Of a stretch of 64,000 nt of DNA, positions 55,724-64,000 are shown piece after piece. The notes beneath the pieces are model-generated. The model saw only the letters and a list, made by a program, of their open reading frames with translations. It was not told the DNA's origin and made no database searches. A program made the translations under genes and the position numbers. The stretch's first letter is position 1. Each line of letters opens with the position of its first letter. The DNA lies in NCBI GenBank assembly GCA_016748015.1, contig JAAOMT010000494.1:364190-428189 (forward strand), read 5' to 3'. This stretch comes from Geosiphon pyriformis uo1 (Eukaryota; Fungi; Glomeromycota).

Positions 55724-58700
55724 GTGGCAGAATCAGAAAATATAGGAGCAAACCATTTAAGATTTGCAAAATCTTTATTTCAACACTATTGTCAATACTT
55801 GGAATTAAACCACAATCATATATCCACTGAATCAGCCTTCAATTTTTACATCAACAAAAAGATTTTCTCTTTATTAAGAACACCAGTGAATATTGAATTA
55901 GCAAGAGAAACTTTCTATAAGGAATTAATTCAAAACACCAACCTACCAACAAATCATAATTTTGCATCTATCATTACTAAGATCAACAAAGAAATTGAAC
56001 ATCACACTCAACAAAGATATCCAATTATATACACTAGTAAAAGCAAGGGAAAATTACAAACACCAGCAGTAACACCCAGAAAAATACAGCCATCTGCTTG
56101 GAAGAAAAACAAAGTTGAATTCCCAAGCAACTCATCCTACCACTATACACCTAGAAGCACCATCAATATACCATCAATAGACACATTTCCATCAACTGCA
56201 ACATCAGCATTTGGACAATTTCCATTCCAAAGTAGACAAAGGAAAACAGAATTGTTAGAACCATATAGCAAATACTTTAAGGGATTTAATTTGCAATTAT
56301 CAATCTCATTAGGACTTCGATCACCACCGCCTTCACCAAATTTTGGAATCTCTAATCCATAGGAAGCAGCAGAATCAGAAAAAGAGGAAGAAGAATCAGA
56401 GGATCAAAAATTCACTTACCAGTGCCTGATTACTGAAAACCTGGAAGTTGAAATTCCGAATTTTCAAACTCAGCAAAATCCAGATCTAGAAAATTTGGAA
56501 ATCAAAACTCTGAATCATCAAAGGCAAAACAATCCAAACCCTGAATTAATTAATCAGCAAAACTTACCTCTGGTAATCGTCATCGATCAATCATTGATTA
56601 ATCCCATAGCCGAACCCATACAGCAGCTACTTCAATTACCATCCCAACAACCAGTACAACAACAACTGCTTCAACAGCCACCACAACCACCTAATTTAGA
56701 TCCAATGGCCTACGCCCCAATTGCAAAACTTGACAACTTTACTGGCAAAGAGGATGACACTCAAGTATGGCTGAATGATGTAGAAAAGACCATTGCAGCC
56801 AATGGATGGAATGATGCTCAAGCAATACAAGCTATTCCCTACTTTCTCAAAGATACTGCCAATTCATGGTACCAAAGCCTGATTAATAAACCACAAGATT
56901 TTAATGCCTTCAAAGCAGAATTTCTAAGATACTTCAGCAACAATAACAGCATCAATCACCTAGTTAATACATTCACTACTATAAAACAAAGAGAAACTGA
57001 AGCAGTCACCACTTACCTGGAATGCTTCCATTAAAACCTACGCCAAATTCAAGCAATTAACGCCAACTATTTCACAGCACCACAGATACTCAATCAGTTT
57101 ATCCGTGGCCTGTGCAGCAGCATCTTGCAACATGTATGTCCATTGCATCTAGGTACCCTTCAAGACGCAATTACACGCACCAGAGATTTTGAATCTGCTG
57201 AGTCAGAGGCTAACCACGTCCAAGCCGTTAATCTAGTAATGAATGAATCATCTGAATTGGATTCCAAATTGAAGAAGTTCAGTGAATCAATTAATAAGAG
57301 ATTGGAAAGATACTTAACTGACAATCACACCATTTATTAGCCTCCACAATGATGCAATAATCAAGGAAACTCTAATCATGCCCAAAATTAGCCATGTTCA
57401 TCTTCATCAACCAATCAATGGTGGCAACAAAAAACGCATATTTGCCACTATTGTGGTAAACAAGGACACATCCAAATTGACTGTCACCAGTGTTTAAATA
57501 ACCAATGATTGGAAAATCAATATCGAAACCCCAATTGCCAGTTCCAAACTCCGAATCAGTACTCAAATCAAAACCAACCCACTTACCTACCAGTGACACA
57601 GTCATCCATCTATCAGTCTCTGGTGTACTAAGTTCCAATCTATCAACCACAGCCACAAGTGATTTATCAACAACCGCAGCCACAAATAATCTATCAACTC
57701 CAACAAATCCAAACACCACCCCAAAGCTTACTACCCAATGGAACCCAAAAACTGAGAATGACTCAACAGAGCTGGAGATCAGCGATAATAGTCCATTAAC
57801 CAATCCCCAGTTCTTTACAGCAATCATCTGAATTATGCCAGTGGAATTTGGGTATTGGTCAAACCCAAAACCCAAATTCCCAGAACTATTTAAGTCTTCT
57901 GGTCACCCCAAAAGACGTCTCAGCCAATAACCCAGCATTCACCCAAAAACAACCACTCACCAGTAATATCCCACCTGCTACTATCACCAAAGACGAGTCC
58001 TTGGCTGCTATTTTTTCATTTGAATTCGAAGAAACAGTTGCAACATCATTATTTAGTGGAGCCGCTTTTGAAGCCAAACCAATCACCACAATGTACACTG
58101 ATACCAAAGTCGAGAGACAATCTATCAAATTGATCCTTGACAGTGGTTCAACAGGCAGTATCATCACATGGCAACTTATAGAACAATTAGGATGCCAAGT
58201 TGATTGAGCTGCCAGTGTCAGAATCATTATAGCCAATGGAGTGACCAAAACTTCAATTGGCGAAATTGACGACTTCTCTTTCGAAGTACATAACATCGTG
58301 ACTTCCATTAAAGTTCTAGTGATAGAAGCCACTCAATACTAAGCTCTCGTTGGTAATGACTGGCTATTCAAAGTCAACACAATGTTAGACTGAAACACCC
58401 AGGAACTCCAGCTAACATATCAGAGCCAACACATACATGTACCGGCCATGTGTGGCCACTTCAAAACTCCTCCAAGAGAGAAACTATTAATTGAACTGGA
58501 GGAGAAGAAAGAAAAACCTACCTGGAAAGCCTATCAAGTGTCGTGGGCTGATGAAGAGCACAATGAACTGCAGCCAATACTCCCCTGGGATGACAATGAC
58601 AATGGAAAAAGAAAACAAAGGGAAGAACTTACCTGAGAAACCGATGACTTGACCTAGACCAACAACGACAAAAGCAAACTGACTTCAAGCTGGGATTGGG

Positions 58701-61700
58701 AAGACAACAAAGAAGAAAAGGAAAAAGAGAAAGAGAAGGAGGAAGAAAACACTCAAGCCAACAACACTTATATCCCATACACCTATGGTCAACAACAACC
58801 ATCGACCTATTGCCGACCCAAACTAATATGCATTGATTGTGGCAAGAAATTGTCATCAATGGGCACATGTTGTAGCGATGACAAAAAATATCAAACGGCA
58901 ACCAAGTTCTATTGTTGCACATGTCATATCAAACATTTTGAAAGACCAAAATGAATGGGAAAATGGGATAATATGCCATGTATAGCCTGTGGAGAAACTT
59001 TCCTGGATGAAGGGATGTGAAACAACATTCTCGGACGTGGAAAAACGTGTGACGTATTGTGTCAATACACGATTCTAATAAGCGACTGGATAAGGAAAAG
59101 AACCCCAATTGAAGCAGCCTGAAGAAAAGCCATATAGCGACTGGACAGTTGTTCACATGACAATGACAAAATTTGGCAAATGACACTCACCAAAATCAAA
59201 GGGGCGTTGCCTAAGGAAATAAAAATGATCAAAGATAACCTCTCAGAATTTTTAGAGCTTGACTGGAACACAGAACCCATCATAAATCTCCTAAATTTGG
59301 AACAATTTCATGAACACTACCAAGAGTTAGCACCCACAAGAAAAGAACAAGAACAACAGTTAGAGCAGTTGAAAGCTCGACTATGTCAACACTGCCTAAT
59401 TCCCTGTGACTTCCAGTATTGTGATGAGTGTGACCTTATTTACAATCCACCACCATGCATGATCTATATGATCCCTGAAGAGGAAGAACCAATTAGCAGA
59501 TGTGCATCAGAATCGGAATCGATTTTCAATCCCAATTCAAACTCCGACAACAATAACAACGAAAACACTGGTTCTAGCTCTGTTTAATATGGCGACAACA
59601 ATGATACCGATTCCAACTCAGATTCCAACTCCGATTTAAACTACAAACAATACATTGCATTACCAGATTTCTCCAAGAAACAAGAGTTGAAATGGTATAG
59701 TGACAATAGGAAAGGTATTATGCCAGAACGTGCACATGATATAGACACAGAGTTTGATCTAAAATATCCAGGAAAAGATGCCATCAAATTAGAACCACAT
59801 TCATGCATCTGCATTGATCTGAAAATAGCACTAGAAATTCTGGCAACAACAATGGTTCAATTAGCATCTAGGAGTAGTTTAGCAAAAAGAGGGATCAATA
59901 TAAAAGGAGGAATAATTGACACGGGATATGTAGAAAATATTATTGCCATGCTACAAAATGACTCAGAAAAGGCCTATATAATAGAGCCCAACAAAAAGAT
60001 AGCACAGGCAATATTCCTGCCTCTGGTTAGAGTAGCTCAGTTAGTGTCAGTGGAAAAGAAGGAGGAATTAGGAATAACAGTGAGAGGAATACAAGGATTT
60101 GGATCAATAGATAGAATAGAGGTACCAGTTAATATGGCGGAGAAAAAAATTGTTGGCCAAAGAGAAATTATTTCAACCAGTCAAGCTATTTCCATTCCAC
60201 CATATAGCCAGTACATGCTAGCAATAGGAAGGAAAAAAAAGGAGCAAGGACAAATTTTTGAAGCTGAAGCAAACCTTTGTGAATCAGGAGAGATTGGGTT
60301 GATCAATCTTCACATACCAGCCAAAAGCTATAGCAGCATAAAAATTCCCATCTACAACAACACTGGCAATGTCATCAACATACCAGAAAGAACCACTATC
60401 GGATATTTAACCACAAAAATAGAAGACCAACCACCAAACTCTATTCCAGACTTTCCACAACTTTGTGGATATGTTGACATCACATTACAAACAATCTATG
60501 GATGAGACGAATGTTATTTGCTCCAACCAGAACAATTGGAACAAATGAACATGGGAAACTTAGATCCACTCCAATGTATGCAGCTCAAGATGTTACTTAA
60601 CAATTTCAACAACATCTTTGCCAGTGAAAATGAGTTTGGCCGAACTGACATCATCTAGCATCAGATCAAGATTGGAGATGCAATGCCAATTAAACAAAGA
60701 GCATACAGAGTGCCACCAGCCAGCCATGAGATTATTTGTCAAGAGATAAACAGAATGCTTGACAATGGGCTAATTCAACCATCAATGAGCTCATGATCAT
60801 CACCAGTGGTACTTATCCATAAGAAGAATGGAAAAATCCGGTTTTGTGTAGACTACAGGAAACTCAATAGTGTAACTTATGGAAACAGTTATCTAACTCC
60901 ATGAATACAGGAATTATTTGATGATTTCGGTGGGAACAAATGGTTCTCAACATTAGATTTGGACAGTGGTTACTGGCAAGTAGCCATGAATCCAGCTGAC
61001 AAAAAGAAGATGACATTTACTACTAGAAAAGAGAATTTCAAATTTGAAATGATGCCATTCGGCTTAACCAATATCCCAGCAACTTTCCAATGGCTAATGG
61101 AAATTGTTTATACTGGCTTATTGTGGAAATCAGTAGTTGTATACTTGAATGACACCAATGTATTCTCAAAAACATTTGATGATTATCTTCATCATCTTTA
61201 ACAAGTGTTTGAAAGACTAAGAAGAGCAGGACTAAAGTTAAATGCAACAAAGTGCTTTTTTGGCAAGACAGAACTAAAATTCTTGGAACACATAGTCAGC
61301 AAAGATGGCATCAAAACAGATCTGGAGAAAATAGAGATAGTAAAGAACTTTCCAGTGCCGACCAATATGACAGAACTGAAATCATTCTTGGGATTCGCCA
61401 GCTACTATTGATGTTTTATCCAAGATAGCGCAGCCACTCAACCAACTGCAAAACAAAGATACAAATTATGAATGAACTGAAAGTCAACAAGAAGCTTTTA
61501 ATATTCTAAAAAGAAAGCTTATACAAGCTCCAGTACTGATCTATCCAGATCACTGCAAACCATTCATTATCACCATGGATGCATCTGGCCAGACATTAGG
61601 AGCAGTACTATCTCAGAGAGGATCAGATGGCAGAAAACATCCAGTGGCATATGCCAGCAGAGGTTTAACACCAGCCAAAAAGAACTATGGAACACCAGAA

Positions 61701-61934
61701 AAAGAACACTTAGCAATATACTGGTCAGTTATGAAATGAAAAAAATATTTGAGCCAGAAGTTTGAGGTGTACACAGATCACAAAGGATTAACATTACTTC
61801 AAAAACAAGAATTTGGAAATAGAAGACAGTCAAGATAGAAAATGGCACTCACACCATATAAATACACTATATATTATAAAAAAAGGAAAGACAACAGAAA
61901 TGTGGATGGTTTATTGTGAATGAGACAAATCTAA
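55724..61934 (+). pseudogene. Single-frame Gag-PR-Cys-rich-dUTPase-RT-RNase H polyprotein pseudogene
   Basis: Capsid-like MAYAPIAKLDNFTG...WL..VE...ANGW, CHYCGKQGHIQIDC knuckle, LILDSGS protease, RT (DLDSGYWQ, MPFGL, YL(D)D) and RH (TMDAS, YASR, YTDH). The stops I examined are TAA/TAG/TGA one transition away from Q/R/W codons. Small deletions near 61420-61450. Confidence 0.9.
59690..60112 (+). pseudogene. dut: dUTPase domain within element 5 pol
   Basis: All five trimeric dUTPase motifs are present: (A)(G)FDL, ASRSSLA, GGIIDTGY, KIAQAIF and RGIQGFGS. Confidence 0.92.
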
Positions 61935-61997
61935 GAACATTTCAACCCAAAAATATAACAAAACCAGAACAATACCAACGAAAAAATACAACAAAAG

Positions 61998-63380
61998 ATA
62001 AACATACAAAAATATCAACAATTGCAACATTATATAAACACTGAACAGTTCAAGGAGAATTTATCTCAAATGGAACAAAAGAGTATTAAACAACAATCAA
62101 AATATTTTATCACTCACTGAAATATACTTTATCAGAAAAATAGAAGGGACCCAGATTAACCAACCAGAGTAATTATGGAGCCAGAAAAAGAGACAATATT
62201 ATTCAACATGTACTCAAATCCAACAGCAAGACATTTTCACAAAGAAGCAACTATGAAAAGAACCAGAAAGAGATACTATTGGCCATTAATATACCCAGAC
62301 ATCATTTAATATGTTCAAAATTGTGATGCTTGTCAGCGAAGAGAAGGAACAAGACCCAGTAAACCATTAAGACCAATCAAAGTGAGACAACCATTTGACC
62401 GTATTGGAATTGATTTAGTTGGACCATTAACAATCACCAGCAGAGGAAACAGATACATAGCAGTAGCTATGGACTATCTCACTAAATGGCCAGAGGCAAA
62501 AGCAATTCAAAAAGCAGATGCAGAATCCGTTGCCGAATTCGTTCATCAGGATTTAATTTGTCGACATGAATGTCCAAAAAAATTATTATTAGACCAGGGA
62601 ACTCATTTTGTGAACAGAACATTAACAAAATTGAGCCAAAGATTCGGAATCAAGAAACCATCATCATCATCATACCATCCACAAACCAATGGATTAGTAG
62701 AAAGATTCAATAGAACACTGTGTGAAGCAATAGCTAAGCTCAGCCAAAAAAACCAGAATGATTAAGATTTGTTTATATCATCAATACTATTTGCTTATCG
62801 AACAATGAAACAAGATACTACACAAACAACACCATTTGAATTAGTATACCGGAGAACAGCAACATTACTAGTAGAGAGAGAAATTAAGACATATTCAGCT
62901 GAACCAATAACAGAAAAAAATTTTCAAGAAACATTGCTAAGAAGAACATATGACTTAATGGAAACATTAGAAAACAAACAAAAAAAAGCAGCTGATAATA
63001 TTCAAAAGTCACAAAAAAAACAGAAAAAAAGACATGATAGTCAACTATCAGACAAACCAGTTGAATTCAAGATTGGAGACAAAGTATTACTACATTATAC
63101 CAAAGTGGAAAAACAAAGGAGCAAAAAATTTGACTCCAAATAGGATGGACCATTTCACATAGAAGAAATTCTAGAAAATAGAGCTTACAAATTAAGATTG
63201 GATAACAAAGTTTTAACCAAAGCAGCACATGGAGATTAACTGAAACCATACCACCATATAGCATCATCATCCACCAGTAATATTCCACAATTAGGAGTAC
63301 AGAGAATACTAGTCCGATCAGATGAGATTTCACAAGATCTGGAACCAATTGTTATTATTAACAACAACACATTAAATTGA
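61998..63380 (+). pseudogene. Integrase (HHCC zinc finger, DDE core, GPF/Y-type C-terminus, no chromodomain)
   Basis: (H)..(G)HF..RYYWP..CDACQ, GIDLVGPL, DYLTKWPEA, DQGTHF, YHPQTNGLVERFN, (W)DGPF; ends ...DLEPIVIINNNTLN*. Confidence 0.92.
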
Positions 63381-63404
63381 TCAATCAAAAAAATATATAA
63401 AGAC

Positions 63405-64000
63405 ATGGTAGACGTGACAGGAAATATCAAAAAAATGGAAATTACAGACAACATTCACACACTAGCACAACAACTCTTTTAATTAATCCAACACTAGAAA
63501 ATGGAAATTACAATCAATCAACAAACCATTTGATATCAAGATACTAGAAAGACATTACAACTCAGAACACTGAAGAAAACTGAAAATATGGTAGACAAAA
63601 TTATGGCAAAAGTAAAATTAACAATAAAAAAATTGACAAAAGAGGCACTATATCAAGAGTTGACTAAAGAAACTTGGAATTAGTAGATACAACAATTTCC
63701 ACAAAACTATTGTTATTTTTACTTGGGACAACACGTAAATATCTAGAATCTATATATGGATAAAACAAAGCGATTATTCGATAAAAAAATACTACAACAA
63801 TTAGAACATTTTGTGAGAAAAAACAACTTATCCACACAAGCCCAAGCCATATACTGAATACACACAGCATTTCAGAATAAACCAGAAATATTGCTCAACA
63901 AAGCAATGGATATGGTTACCAGTAATCAATTGGGAAAAATCACCAATGCTCAATTTGAAGAATTACAGACCCAAATAACACAAGTAATTTTCGAAAACAA
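63405..64000 (+). pseudogene. Accessory ORF3 of unknown function downstream of integrase
   Basis: ATG at 63405 opens one frame to the window end, with only Q/R/W-derivable stops. Homologous at the protein level to 31543-32273 and to 41705-40090 (minus). Confidence 0.75.

Larger units (their letters stand above)
54791..64000 (+). mobile_element. Best-preserved Ty3/Gypsy element 5 (family A), running off the window end
   Basis: 5' LTR 54791-55661, PBS, then the ORF-track fragments starting at 55724, 56495, 57125, 57848, 58448, 59180, 59687, 60959 and 61205 all lie in one frame. Inserted into LINE ORF2. Confidence 0.95.

Noticed and set aside
57505-57831. Ser/Thr-rich 108-aa ORF suggesting a gag-pol frameshift or overlapping gene
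   Set aside because: It is the alternate frame of the Gln/Pro/Tyr-rich gag linker. Gag and protease are already in one frame.
63405-64000. ORF3 as an env gene
   Set aside because: No signal peptide, transmembrane helix or furin/fusion motif is visible, and it is too short.

Overview
Eukaryotic, AT-rich fungal DNA. The gene and transposon families point to Glomeromycotina, most likely a Geosiphon-like genome (inference, no database search). The first ~14 kb is a gene island that retains CpG. It holds the 3' end of an unknown gene, an 8-exon tyrosine-kinase-like (TKL) kinase and an ~18-exon FANCD2 orthologue; the latter two are on the minus strand. From ~14 kb to the end lies a nested cluster of dead transposons: six copies or fragments of an unusual Ty3/Gypsy lineage, four solo or recombinant LTRs, and six LINE fragments, one with a base-exact 1.34-kb internal inversion. 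All repeats are decayed almost only by C>T/G>A transitions. The main candidate for a new system is the retrotransposon lineage. Its Gag appears to have a GUG-initiated ~330-aa N-terminal extension that is free of ATG in all three frames, upstream of a conserved AUG for core Gag. Its polyprotein carries an unknown Cys-rich module and a five-motif dUTPase between protease and RT. Stop codons recur at the RNase H/integrase and integrase/3' boundaries. A non-env accessory ORF of ~200-250 aa, conserved at the protein level, runs right up to the polypurine tract.
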